Of a DNA stretch of 64,000 bases, positions 1 through 9,598 are shown one piece after another. Position 1 is the stretch's first letter. Each line of letters begins with the position of its first letter. The position numbers and the translations under genes were made by a program. The notes under the pieces were generated by a model. The model saw only the letters and a list, made by a program, of their open reading frames with translations, did no database searches and was not told where the DNA came from. The stretch lies in assembly GCA_029548865.1 (NCBI GenBank), contig JAKPMO010000002.1, positions 1 to 64,000 on the forward strand, written 5' to 3'. This DNA comes from Caldisericota bacterium (GTDB taxonomy: Bacteria; Caldisericota; Caldisericia; JAAYUI01).

Positions 1-1
1 G

Positions 2-571
2 GGCGAAGATGGTCTCCAGTTGCCCCGGCTTGATGTTTCTGATGGCCAGGTTTCGATATTCCTCTGCCTGTCTGGCATAACCAATGAATTCTGCAAGCTG
101 TTTTTGCCAGGCTGGAGAGAGTGAGTCGCATTGTTTTTTGAGCTCCTCCCTGGATTTTGCCGAAAGCCTCCAGCCCCTGCTCTGGTAAAGCTCATCCAGC
201 GAGAATAAAAGGGGCTCTTTTTCATTTATTTCCGGAACAGGGCCCATTGGCCACCTTGCCACCTCGTGGGCAGAACGCCTTGCTGCCATCACGACCAGGT
301 CCCTGATGTTCTGGCATGACTCGAACCTTGAAAGCGTGGAGTTCGCCTCTCTTGGCAACTCAAGTGGTTTTGAATGCAGCTGGTCAAACCATGAAAAACG
401 GAACGGGTCCTGTTGAAAGTCCTGTATTTGCCTGAGGTCCCATGAAACCTGACCTGCAGTCAGCCCAAGCGAGGAGATGGCCTCATCCAGCCGGTTTGGT
501 TCAGTGGCGGCAATGACAGTCATTGGCTGAAAAACCATAATTACGGCAAGAACAAATGGAACAAATTTCAT
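2..571 (-). CDS. Secreted hypothetical protein (5' part; runs off window), paralog of 1590..3644
   Basis: Not in ORF track. ATG at 571 with GGAGG SD; open to window edge; MKFVPFVLAVIMVFQPMTVIAATEPNRLDEAISSLGLTAGQVSWDLRQIQDFQQDPFRFSWFDQLHSKPLELP... Confidence 0.85.
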   Translation of the reverse strand, partial: MKFVPFVLAVIMVFQPMTVIAATEPNRLDEAISSLGLTAGQVSWDLRQIQDFQQDPFRFSWFDQLHSKPLELPREANSTLSRFESCQNIRDLVVMAARRSAHEVARWPMGPVPEINEKEPLLFSLDELYQSRGWRLSAKSREELKKQCDSLSPAWQKQLAEFIGYARQAEEYRNLAIRNIKPGQLETIFA

Positions 572-605
572 ATTTTGCCTCCTGGGCGGGCTGGTATTAT
601 AAAAA

Positions 606-1586
606 TTAGTTTCTTCCAAAGGTTTTCAGGACAAATACCGCATCAACTGTCACAAATTCGTTCCCCGCCTTGCCGCTTGTTCCACCAAAATTGACGAGCG
701 AACTTCCACTCTTGTTTTTGTCTTGGGGGCAGGTGATATAAGAGTAATATTTTGTTTCTGCCGGGAATGAGCCGTCGGGCAGTTGTTTTGATTCGAGAAG
801 ATCAAGAGCTTCTGTGCACCTTGTATCACTTGTTTGGCCGGCCTCTGCAAGGTATGTCAGGCAGGCGAGAATATTGTAGTGCCAATAGGACGGGTAGCAG
901 ATCTTTGTGAATTTTGGGTTGATTACGCTTCCATCCGATACTTTTTTGAAGAGCTTTCTTTTGAGAAATATCTCAGACGTTCTTTTGGCGGCCTCAAAAG
1001 CTTTTTTGTCTCCGGTTGCCTTTGAATAGGCAAACAGTGCTCTCATGGGGATGAGCGATTCGTGGAAAGACGAATTTTTTGCCCCTGGTTCCTTGTCGCA
1101 GTTCCAGCCGCCGTCTGGCCATTGCCAGGAGAGCATCCTTTTTACGAGAGTTTCAACCCTCTCATCGGCGATACCGAGTGTTATGAGTGAATAAACAGCG
1201 TTGGCTTCCTGGGAGCAGCACCTTCTGGTTAGGCCGTTTATGACCCTTATGGCGTTCTTCTCGTGGTGTTCGCCAAGGAGCCACCCCAGTTCGTGCTCCA
1301 TCATTGGAACCAGTTCCTTGTCGCCCTTTGGATATCCGAGGTCTGCAAGCAGTGACAGCACCCAATGGTCCCCGAGCCATTTGTCATAGACTCCGACTCC
1401 CCTTGAAACATGCACGTTTTTTGGTTTCTCGGAGAGCAGTTTTTTTACCAGAGGAGAATTTTTCACCTCCATACTTGCAGACACTGCTTTTTTAGAATCC
1501 CTTGGCTCACCAAGTATGTTTACAAGTGCCTTGTACCTGATTGATGGCTCTTCCGAGGCCAGCAGTTTTTGCGTCATTTTGTCCAT
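606..1586 (-). CDS. Prenyltransferase/squalene-cyclase-repeat (alpha/alpha barrel) family protein
   Basis: QW-like motifs WQWPDGGWNC and KQLPDGSFP; YPSYWHYNIL. Confidence 0.65.
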   Translation of the reverse strand: MDKMTQKLLASEEPSIRYKALVNILGEPRDSKKAVSASMEVKNSPLVKKLLSEKPKNVHVSRGVGVYDKWLGDHWVLSLLADLGYPKGDKELVPMMEHELGWLLGEHHEKNAIRVINGLTRRCCSQEANAVYSLITLGIADERVETLVKRMLSWQWPDGGWNCDKEPGAKNSSFHESLIPMRALFAYSKATGDKKAFEAAKRTSEIFLKRKLFKKVSDGSVINPKFTKICYPSYWHYNILACLTYLAEAGQTSDTRCTEALDLLESKQLPDGSFPAETKYYSYITCPQDKNKSGSSLVNFGGTSGKAGNEFVTVDAVFVLKTFGRN

Positions 1587-1589
1587 TTT

Positions 1590-3644
1590 TTACTCCAGTA
1601 TTGGCAATTCGCCATCTTCTGCATCCAGGCCTATTCCAATTACCATCTCTGGCCTGTCACCGTTTCTCCTGACCCAGCTGCCATTTTGCTTGCAAAAATT
1701 TTTTCCGTAGGCGTCTTCTCCACCTATATCAATGAACAATCCGAGGCACAGCATGTCATTTCTGATGGTGTCTGGTGCAAGTGGTGCGGCGACGTTTGCA
1801 TAGCCATACATTGTGTCACTCTTTGCGTCATAGACGTCGTCCCCGCCAATATTGAAAAAGAATCCCATTCCGGTTTCATTTCCACAGCCAATCATCAGGC
1901 CACCGTATTGTTTTATCTTGTCATCTTTGGGGTCTGCCATGTAGCAGTTGTATTTGTCGTCCCCGCCTTCATCGATGTGGTAGGATATGGAGAAATCATG
2001 TCCCACACCCAGCGAGGTCGCCTGTTTCGCAGTGTAACTGTCGTTGCCCTCGGTGTCCCTGAAGACCGCTATGGCAAAGTGTGCCGTTGCGCCTTGAACA
2101 TACCATAATCCCTCGTATGTGTCATTGCCCTTGGTGTCAGTAAAAATCCCCACACCGAACCAGTATCCGACACCTTGGCCAAAGACACCGCATTTGTATG
2201 TATCGTCGCCCTCGCTGTCTACCAGGACACCGCAACCTCCGGACATTGAATGGCCGTCTGTTATGTCTGCCCTCCTGCCATTTCCGCAGCCTTGCGACAT
2301 GCTTGTGTTGTGGGACGGGTTTTGTGCAGATGGATGGATTATGTTTTCATCGTCTGAAATGTAGGTGTCGTTTCCGGACCTGTCATACGAGAGTCCGAAG
2401 CCCATTGTTGCCCCGTAACCCTGGCCGCCAAAGAAACATTTTCTGACGTCGTCACCATCGTATTCCACCATGGCCCCAATGCCGAAACAGCCAGCACCCT
2501 GAGAGAAGTCGATCGAGGAATATGTGTCATTTCCCGTGTAATCATACAGCATGCCGATGCCGAAGACGCCTGCTCCCTGACAATTGTTTGCGGCCTCATA
2601 GGTGTCGTTTCCCCAGAGGTCGGCCAGGATTCCACAACCAAGAACACCTGCACCCTGGTTTGGGGAGTGACCATAAGGGTCCTTGTAGGTATCGTTGCCA
2701 CTCACGTCAATCACGACCGATGCGCAATTGTAGAGGGACGATGTTGCGCCAAATGTGCCCTCGTAGGTGTCATTGCCACCAACATCAACAACCAGAAGAT
2801 GGTTGTTGCCTTCATACAAATCGTCGTTCCTTGATCCATTCAATATTATGTCGCCAAATGGTGTTGGGAAAACGTTTTTCCCTTCTGGGAGTGGCACGCC
2901 ACCACCAAAGGCGCCCTTGAGTTTTTGTGTGGAAAAGACAATCCTGCAACAAGCATACATCATCTGCTTCATGTCAAACCGCTTGCCAAGCCTGTATGTG
3001 AAATCTCCGGTGTCTTCGTCACCAGTATTGGCGACGAGCAGTTTTCTGAAGGTTTCTTCTGTCAGATCTCCTGCTTCAAGGGCCTTCTTGCGTTCTCTGA
3101 AGAGCCAGTCTGCACTCAATACGTATTCCGCTAGGGCATCTGACGCTTCTTGCGTGAGTTGCCCTTCGTATGCAGACAATTTTGTGTCGAGTTTTTTGCC
3201 AAATTGCCAACCCATATTCTGGTAGACTTTTTTTATAGAGTTGTAGAAAGGTTTTTCTTTGGCCATCTCCAGAAGTGGGAGATAGTCCTCCATGAGGGCC
3301 GCAACTGACCCGCATGTTCTGGAGGTACCATAGAAGAAGATATAATCAAGTTCTTTGCTGATGTTTGTTGCAAAAATGGGTATCCTGTCGGTGATCTGCT
3401 TTGCTATTTTGGGTACTCTCAACGGGTTTGCCCAGATTTCATTGAACCATTGCAACCTGAAAGGATCAGCATCGTCTATCCTGGAGAGCTTCGAGGCATC
3501 CCATGAGATGTTCTCGTAAGAAAGTCCAGCTGCTTCCAGCGCAACCTTGAAGGCATCGTTCTTCACGGTTGCACAATATCCGGAACCACTCCAGAAGCCT
3601 AAAATAACAAAACAGCAGACAAAAATGACAACAAATTTCTTCAT
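1590..3644 (-). CDS. Secreted Gly/Asp-rich repeat protein (about 12 'D-x-x-G-[ND]-D-x-Y' repeats; probable Ca-binding beta-solenoid)
   Basis: Signal peptide MKKFVVIFVCC (ATG 3644); repeats VDVGGNDTY, IDVSGNDTY, YDYTGNDTY, VDSEGDDTY etc. Confidence 0.75.
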   Translation of the reverse strand: MKKFVVIFVCCFVILGFWSGSGYCATVKNDAFKVALEAAGLSYENISWDASKLSRIDDADPFRLQWFNEIWANPLRVPKIAKQITDRIPIFATNISKELDYIFFYGTSRTCGSVAALMEDYLPLLEMAKEKPFYNSIKKVYQNMGWQFGKKLDTKLSAYEGQLTQEASDALAEYVLSADWLFRERKKALEAGDLTEETFRKLLVANTGDEDTGDFTYRLGKRFDMKQMMYACCRIVFSTQKLKGAFGGGVPLPEGKNVFPTPFGDIILNGSRNDDLYEGNNHLLVVDVGGNDTYEGTFGATSSLYNCASVVIDVSGNDTYKDPYGHSPNQGAGVLGCGILADLWGNDTYEAANNCQGAGVFGIGMLYDYTGNDTYSSIDFSQGAGCFGIGAMVEYDGDDVRKCFFGGQGYGATMGFGLSYDRSGNDTYISDDENIIHPSAQNPSHNTSMSQGCGNGRRADITDGHSMSGGCGVLVDSEGDDTYKCGVFGQGVGYWFGVGIFTDTKGNDTYEGLWYVQGATAHFAIAVFRDTEGNDSYTAKQATSLGVGHDFSISYHIDEGGDDKYNCYMADPKDDKIKQYGGLMIGCGNETGMGFFFNIGGDDVYDAKSDTMYGYANVAAPLAPDTIRNDMLCLGLFIDIGGEDAYGKNFCKQNGSWVRRNGDRPEMVIGIGLDAEDGELPILE

Positions 3645-3672
3645 CACATGCCCCCTTGCTGTGATAAAAATG

Positions 3673-4509
3673 CTATCCAAACAATCTTGATTCGATAAAA
3701 GATGCTGTTCCTATCAGAATTGTTCCTGCCTGGGAGAGTATTGCCTGTAAGGTTTTCACAAGGTGGCTCCCGCTGTCCAGATTGTTTGTGCCTATGAAAT
3801 AGAAGAGTACAAAGGACAAGCAGAAGAAAAACACTGCCATGATGATGAATTTCCAAGGGACAGATATAAGGCCGGAGCTAATTTCAGACAGGAGTGATAC
3901 AGCCACAACCATTATGGCAAACGAGAAACCTATATACCACAGAGAAACAAGCCTTTCTGGCAATGTTATGAATTTGGGCGAAAAAAATGGTGAGACCAGC
4001 AGGATTGTCCCAGCAAACAAAAGAAGCACGACAGCAAGCCCCAGCTTCATCAGTTTGTTTGGTGGGGAGTTTGTTTTGACCAGCCCATATTGCCTTGAAA
4101 GTGCCACCAAAAGAAGCGGCAACATCCACAAGTATCCAAGGTAGTCAGCCACATTTGGCGGCCTTGTCATGTCCACCATGAATCCGAATCTGATTATTAT
4201 CGACAGAAAGTGGCCGATAACCCAGGCGCCCATGGAGAGCATTACAAATCTCCATATTTTTCTCTTGTAATCCTGAAGGTCAAATGCGCTGAAAGTCTGG
4301 TATGAGAAGAAAAAGGCCAGTGAGGCATTGACAAGCGTTATAAATGCTGTTGGGAACTCTGTCCAGCGAAGGTCATTTGGAATAAGTCTTGCCATTATTC
4401 CTGGCAAAACATTTAAAAGAATTGCCTCTATTGCAATAATTATGAAAGCGATTATCGTGCCTGAAAGAAAAGGCCTTTTTCTAAGGCTACCTGCCCCTGC
4501 TCTGCTCAA
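3673..4509 (-). CDS. Polytopic membrane protein (about 8 TM), function unknown
   Basis: Alternating hydrophobic segments; overlaps upstream gene end; start uncertain (TTG). Confidence 0.7.
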   Translation of the reverse strand: MSRAGAGSLRKRPFLSGTIIAFIIIAIEAILLNVLPGIMARLIPNDLRWTEFPTAFITLVNASLAFFFSYQTFSAFDLQDYKRKIWRFVMLSMGAWVIGHFLSIIIRFGFMVDMTRPPNVADYLGYLWMLPLLLVALSRQYGLVKTNSPPNKLMKLGLAVVLLLFAGTILLVSPFFSPKFITLPERLVSLWYIGFSFAIMVVAVSLLSEISSGLISVPWKFIIMAVFFFCLSFVLFYFIGTNNLDSGSHLVKTLQAILSQAGTILIGTASFIESRLFG

Positions 4510-6406
4510 TTTTTAGCTCCAGTCTGCTTTCGTTTCCAGCCGGGTCTCTCCCGACAAGCACAACGGTGTCTCCAGAGATTGATGTTGCAACGTGGATTAT
4601 GGAATCAAAATCGGCCCCCGCAAAGATATCTTTCTGGGATATTGCCAGGCCGTTGACGAGGAGCGTGCAATTGTGTTCCAGCCTTCCACTTATGACGACT
4701 TTGGTTTCACCAATGACCCTTGTCGCTTTTAATTTCGAGAGGTCAGGCAAGGTTGTATCTTTTGTGATGTTTATTGAGGCCGAGGCTGTTCCGCCATCGA
4801 AGGACTGTGCAAAGACCGTCAGGGTGTTTTCACCTTCATTGAGCGGGGCAATAAATTCGAATTTCCCATTCTCGCTTGGTTCAACAGTCTGATTTTGAAA
4901 TTGGACAATCTTTGCATTTTTGCAGGCCCCTATTATTACGATACTGCTTTTGTTTGTGAGGGGCGAAGTGCTGTTTATGGCAATTTCAGGTTTTGTGGAG
5001 TTGGGTTTTGACCTGTAAACAATAACAGTTTGTGAGGCTGTTTTTTTCTGCTCGCTCCTTGCCATTACAACGATTGAGTTTCTTCCAAAATCGAGTGGTA
5101 CAGTTATTGAAAAAATGCCCTTCTCAACGCGTGCCATTCTTGACCCTACTGAAACGTATTCAGTGTCTGCATGGCCAGAGACAATTATGCTTTCGGATTC
5201 TGTTTGCGTGCCCTCATCTGGGCTGGTTATTGCAAGCTGGGCCTGCGGCATGGGTTTGTGTTTTATAAATGTGAGCGTTTTTGTGACCACTTTCCCGTTC
5301 TTGTCTTTTGATACAAAATTCAGTTTGTTTGGCCCTTCTACAGGCTGAAATTCAATTTCGAATTTGTCCTGGGAAAGCTGAATTGGTTTTCCGTTCGCGG
5401 TCAAAGACACCGAACCTTCAGCGATTCCTTTGATTGCAACCTTGTCTTCGGTTATGGTTGCCCCCTCTTGTGGGTTGGTGATTATTAGCTGATGGTCGCT
5501 TTTCTCAAGCCTTTCGATCTCAAATTGTTGCTCTACATATCTTCCTGCCGGATCAATTGACCTAATGGTGTATTTTATCTTGCCGATGGGGAGCTTGATT
5601 TCTATTTCAAAGGTGCCATCACTGGAAGACTTGGCCACTTCCTGGCCATCCAGAAGGATTTTGTTTAGAGGGTTTGTTTTTCCGAGGATGGCCTCTTTTT
5701 CTTCAAATGTTGTTTTCTCGTAAAACAGTTTCAGGTCCGGTGCGTCCATTTGGGCGTTCCATGTATCAGACTCATCCACCAGGGACTTTTCCATTTTGAG
5801 CTTGTTGGAGGAATCAATCCTTGCCTGTTCAAGTGACGGTACTCTTGTGATCATGTTACCTATTGTCACTGTTGCATTGCTGTTTGAATTTGGCACTTTG
5901 ACCAGGAAGTTGCCCCTCCCGTCGCCATCGACCTTCATCGTCCCTCTTGTTGCCGAGGCCACAAAGCCAGAAGTGATTATGTCGTATATTGAGCCTGTTT
6001 CGCCAGTGTTGACATAGACACTTCCGTAACCCTTCATCAACCACCTTGCTGAACGGATACCCATCATGGGATTGATGTAGAGTGAGACAATCTCCAGCTC
6101 TGTGTTTTCCCCGATTCTTAGCAGTGAACCGTCATCCAACCTTACCTCTGCCCACGAGCTTGAAGCAGTCTTGATCTTAAAGTTGGTTGAAAGCTCATCG
6201 CCCTGTTTCGCACCTTCCCAGGATTCACTTGTGGGGTTGTATACAGTGACCTCCCCATTGGTTCTGAAAATGTAGCTTTTTATTTGGCCGGAACTTGGTG
6301 CCAAAAATAAAATAAAACCAAATATAACTATCAAAACGAAAGCAATCCAAATATAAGTCAAAAGCCGTTTTTTCTGGTTTCCCTCAAATTCGATGTCTTT
6401 TGTCAT
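4487..6406 (-). CDS. Membrane-anchored FecR-domain protein with tandem Ig-like (Big) domains
   Basis: N-terminal TM; KIKTASSSWAEVRLDDGSLLRIGENTELEI FecR motif; repeated 'ITSPxxG...L.EG.N.I.V' and DPAGN Ig-like units. Confidence 0.8.
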   Translation of the reverse strand: MTKDIEFEGNQKKRLLTYIWIAFVLIVIFGFILFLAPSSGQIKSYIFRTNGEVTVYNPTSESWEGAKQGDELSTNFKIKTASSSWAEVRLDDGSLLRIGENTELEIVSLYINPMMGIRSARWLMKGYGSVYVNTGETGSIYDIITSGFVASATRGTMKVDGDGRGNFLVKVPNSNSNATVTIGNMITRVPSLEQARIDSSNKLKMEKSLVDESDTWNAQMDAPDLKLFYEKTTFEEKEAILGKTNPLNKILLDGQEVAKSSSDGTFEIEIKLPIGKIKYTIRSIDPAGRYVEQQFEIERLEKSDHQLIITNPQEGATITEDKVAIKGIAEGSVSLTANGKPIQLSQDKFEIEFQPVEGPNKLNFVSKDKNGKVVTKTLTFIKHKPMPQAQLAITSPDEGTQTESESIIVSGHADTEYVSVGSRMARVEKGIFSITVPLDFGRNSIVVMARSEQKKTASQTVIVYRSKPNSTKPEIAINSTSPLTNKSSIVIIGACKNAKIVQFQNQTVEPSENGKFEFIAPLNEGENTLTVFAQSFDGGTASASINITKDTTLPDLSKLKATRVIGETKVVISGRLEHNCTLLVNGLAISQKDIFAGADFDSIIHVATSISGDTVVLVGRDPAGNESRLELKIEQSRGR

Positions 6407-6508
6407 TCGCTGGTATTATAGCCATTTGAAAGTGGTTGTCTATTGGCAAACCAGATATTGACAAAAATTTTGTTGATAAATTATTTTCCGCTTGCTACCA
6501 TGTAAATC
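6407..6508. promoter_or_regulatory. Divergent promoters for the FecR gene and clpC, both apparently leaderless
   Basis: Minus strand: TAGACA-16-TATAAT(6420-6415)-8 nt-ATG. Plus strand: TGcTACCAT(6496-6501)-7 nt-ATG. No SD on either side. Confidence 0.55.
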
Positions 6509-8929
6509 ATGAACTGGAGTAATTTGGATGAAAAAACGCAGCGGATATTTTATCTGGCACAGGACGAAGCGTATGAGCTCGGAAATGATTATCTTGGCAC
6601 AGAACACCTTCTTCTTGGCCTGATCCGCGAAAACACAAGTTTTGCAATGCAGACTCTAAGGGAGCTTGAAATTGACTTTCAGGGGCTTCGCGATCGCATA
6701 GTGTCATTGGTAAGAGGTGTCAGGAATTCGGCCATTGGCCCTGTCCAAAAAAGCCACATAGTGCTTTCTGAAAGGGCAAAGAGAGCGCTTGATCTTGCAG
6801 AGAAGGAAATGAAGGCGCAAAGCAGCACAAAACTCACACCAGAACACCTTCTCATAGGCATTCTTTCAGAAGCCGAAGGGCTTGCTGCCAGGATCCTTCG
6901 CGATATGGACATTGACCTGGACCGTTTCAGGTCTGCGGTTGATGAGTCTGTAGAAGAGCATGGCCATGACAAAAAAGGAAAGAAATCTCTTGTGGAGCAA
7001 TTTTCAAGGGATTTGACCGCACTTGCCAGAAGGGGCAAACTTGACCCGACAGTTGGCAGAATGGTTGAAATACAGAGAATCACGCAGATCCTCTCGCGCA
7101 GAACAAAGAACAATCCTGTGCTTGTCGGCGATCCTGGTGTCGGAAAGACTGCCATAGTAGAAGGACTTGCCCAGCGCATTGTTGATGGTGAAGTCCCAGA
7201 GACATTGAGAGACAAAAGGGTTTTGGCGCTTGATCTTGCCGCCGTCATTGCCGGAACAAAATATAGGGGCGAGTTTGAGGAGAGGCTGAAAGGGATACTT
7301 GATGAAATTGACCACTCCCAGGGCAAAATAATCCTCTTCATAGACGAGATACACACAATCGTTGGTGCAGGCGCCGCAGAGGGCGCAATCGACGCATCAA
7401 ATATTCTAAAACCAGCGCTTGCAAGAGGTGAGCTCCAGTGCATTGGAGCCACGACAATGAATGAATACCGAAAATCCATAGAAAAAGACGCAGCCCTCGA
7501 AAGAAGGTTCCAGATGGTACAAGTCGAAGAACCGACTGTTGAAGAGACCGTGAAAATCCTCATCGGGCTTGCACCAAGGTATGAAAACTACCACAAGGTA
7601 ACCATTCAGCAAACCGCATTGGAAGCTGCTTCCAAGCTCTCTGCCCAGTACATCCAGGGAAGGTTCCTTCCAGACAAGGCAATCGACCTGATAGATGAAG
7701 CGTGCGCAAAAGTCAGGCTGTCAGTGATGAACCTGCCTGAAAGCATCAGAGAAATGGAAACCACAAAGCGCAGCCTCAGGAAAGAAAAGCAGTCGGCTGC
7801 CGAGTCCCAGGAATTTGAGAAGGCGGCCCAGCTTCGCGATAAAGAGAGGGAGATAGAAGACCAGCTCCGCATCAAGCGCGAGGAATGGCAGAAAGATGTC
7901 GACAAGCTGAGCCTTGTTGTCACAGCAGAAGACATTGCCGATGTTGTCAGCCAGTGGACCGGAATACCAACAACGAGACTCCTTCAGCAGGAAAGGGAAA
8001 GACTGCTCACCCTGGAAAAAGTTCTTCATGAGAGGATCATTGGCCAGGACGAGGCTGTTGTTGCAGTATCAAAAGCACTCAGAAGGGCAAGGGTTGGTCT
8101 TGCCGGAAGAAACAGACCAATAGGCTCCTTTGTGTTTGTTGGCCCAAGTGGTGTTGGCAAAACCGAGCTTGCCAGAGTATTGGCAAACCATCTTTTTGGC
8201 TCTGAAAAGGCCCTGCTCAGGATAGACATGAGCGAGTATATGGAGAAGCACGCTGTGAGCAGGCTTGTTGGCGCACCTCCAGGATACGTGGGATTTGAAG
8301 AGGGCGGTCAACTCACAGAAAAAATCAGGAGAAAACCCTTCTCCGTCGTGCTCTTCGATGAGATAGAAAAAGCCCATCCTGACGTGTTTAACATTCTTTT
8401 GCAGATCATGGATGATGGCAGACTCACGGATAGCCAGGGCAGGCTTGTGGATTTCAGGCATTCAATCGTCATCATGACCTCAAATATCGGTTCGCAGTGG
8501 AAAAACACAAAATCTCTTGGTTTTGCTGGCGCAGATACTGAAGACAGAGACGATGAGAAAGAGGGCGACAGGCTTGACTCTGAGATCAAGAAGGTCTTCC
8601 GCCCGGAATTTTTGGGCAGGATTGACGGAATTATAAGATTCAAGCCGCTAACCAAAGAGGAACTTTGCCAAGTTGCCCGTCTGCTGATAAATAAGCTATC
8701 GGAAACACTCACTGACGAGGGATTGAAAGTAGATCTGACTGACAATGCCATCAAGGCGCTGGTCGAAAAATCCTATGACCAGAAGCTTGGCGCAAGGCCA
8801 CTTGTCAGGGCGATACAAAACCTGATTGAGGACCCGATTGCAGAGAAAACCCTTGCTGGCGAATTTTCAAGCGGTGACACGATAAAGATAGACCAGAACG
8901 GCAACGGCCTTACACTTTCCAAGTCATAA
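6509..8929 (+). CDS. clpC: ATP-dependent Clp protease ATP-binding subunit ClpC
   Basis: Two Clp-N repeats (TEHLLLG, PEHLLIG), Walker A GDPGVGKT and [11 protein letters not shown]-type middle domain, LGF ClpP-docking loop. Confidence 0.95.
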   Translation: MNWSNLDEKTQRIFYLAQDEAYELGNDYLGTEHLLLGLIRENTSFAMQTLRELEIDFQGLRDRIVSLVRGVRNSAIGPVQKSHIVLSERAKRALDLAEKEMKAQSSTKLTPEHLLIGILSEAEGLAARILRDMDIDLDRFRSAVDESVEEHGHDKKGKKSLVEQFSRDLTALARRGKLDPTVGRMVEIQRITQILSRRTKNNPVLVGDPGVGKTAIVEGLAQRIVDGEVPETLRDKRVLALDLAAVIAGTKYRGEFEERLKGILDEIDHSQGKIILFIDEIHTIVGAGAAEGAIDASNILKPALARGELQCIGATTMNEYRKSIEKDAALERRFQMVQVEEPTVEETVKILIGLAPRYENYHKVTIQQTALEAASKLSAQYIQGRFLPDKAIDLIDEACAKVRLSVMNLPESIREMETTKRSLRKEKQSAAESQEFEKAAQLRDKEREIEDQLRIKREEWQKDVDKLSLVVTAEDIADVVSQWTGIPTTRLLQQERERLLTLEKVLHERIIGQDEAVVAVSKALRRARVGLAGRNRPIGSFVFVGPSGVGKTELARVLANHLFGSEKALLRIDMSEYMEKHAVSRLVGAPPGYVGFEEGGQLTEKIRRKPFSVVLFDEIEKAHPDVFNILLQIMDDGRLTDSQGRLVDFRHSIVIMTSNIGSQWKNTKSLGFAGADTEDRDDEKEGDRLDSEIKKVFRPEFLGRIDGIIRFKPLTKEELCQVARLLINKLSETLTDEGLKVDLTDNAIKALVEKSYDQKLGARPLVRAIQNLIEDPIAEKTLAGEFSSGDTIKIDQNGNGLTLSKS

Positions 8930-8942
8930 ACAACTCAAATTT

Positions 8943-8977
8943 AAAAATCCTCAAACCCACTAGGTTTGAGGATTTTT
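8943..8977. terminator. Bidirectional intrinsic terminator
   Basis: AAAAATCCTCAAACC-CACTA-GGTTTGAGGATTTTT between convergent genes. Confidence 0.9.
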
Positions 8978-8993
8978 GTTTTTATGGGATTAT

Positions 8994-9548
8994 TTAATCT
9001 AGATATACAACAAAGCTGCATGTTTTTCCGCCAGAGCAGGCCGTCTGGACAATGTCTGCCTTCAGTTCGCGCTTCAAAGCGGACTCAAGCAGTTTCTTGA
9101 CGTGTCCCTTGCAGCACTGGCAGTAAGTCGTGGAGAATATCTCGTTTGACACCTTTGGCGTGCAAACGCATTTGCTGCCGCCAAAATTCACATAGACCTT
9201 GTTGCCCTTTTTTTCAACCTTCTTGCCAAAAACGTGCGAATTGTCGACTGCTTTGAAAAAACTGTCCAGGTCTTTGTTTTCCTCCGAAAGTTTTTTCATG
9301 AGCTTGAGCCTGCTTCCAGTTGTGCAACATGCACATTCTTCCCTGACCTTTGTTCTGGTTTCTTCTGGCAGGAGCGAATCCATCCTGTCCATTGCGATTT
9401 TGAGCCAAGCCGCTTTGTCGGCCGGTTTGGAGGTTTTTAGTATTTTGTCCCCACCCTCCATTATCTTGTCGACCGTCTTCTTTTCGATGCCCGCTTTTCT
9501 CAGCTCCTCGTCAAGCCTGATTATTCTTCCAAATACAGCTTTGTCCAT
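8994..9548 (-). CDS. Cys-rich hypothetical protein (DUF6144-like)
   Basis: ATG 9548 with AAGGAG upstream; ECACC, KCVC, YCQCCKGH, ACSGGKTC. Confidence 0.65.
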   Translation of the reverse strand: MDKAVFGRIIRLDEELRKAGIEKKTVDKIMEGGDKILKTSKPADKAAWLKIAMDRMDSLLPEETRTKVREECACCTTGSRLKLMKKLSEENKDLDSFFKAVDNSHVFGKKVEKKGNKVYVNFGGSKCVCTPKVSNEIFSTTYCQCCKGHVKKLLESALKRELKADIVQTACSGGKTCSFVVYLD

Positions 9549-9598
9549 TTCCTGTCTCTCCTTTGTATTTTTTTGAGAATAACACATGCGCTGTTTTG

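Noticed and set aside
6679..7563. Long antisense ORFs (also 44207..45004, 56161..56886, 57117..57869, 10827..11450)
   Set aside because: Shadow frames of well-supported genes with Ser/Ile/Pro-rich composition and no motifs
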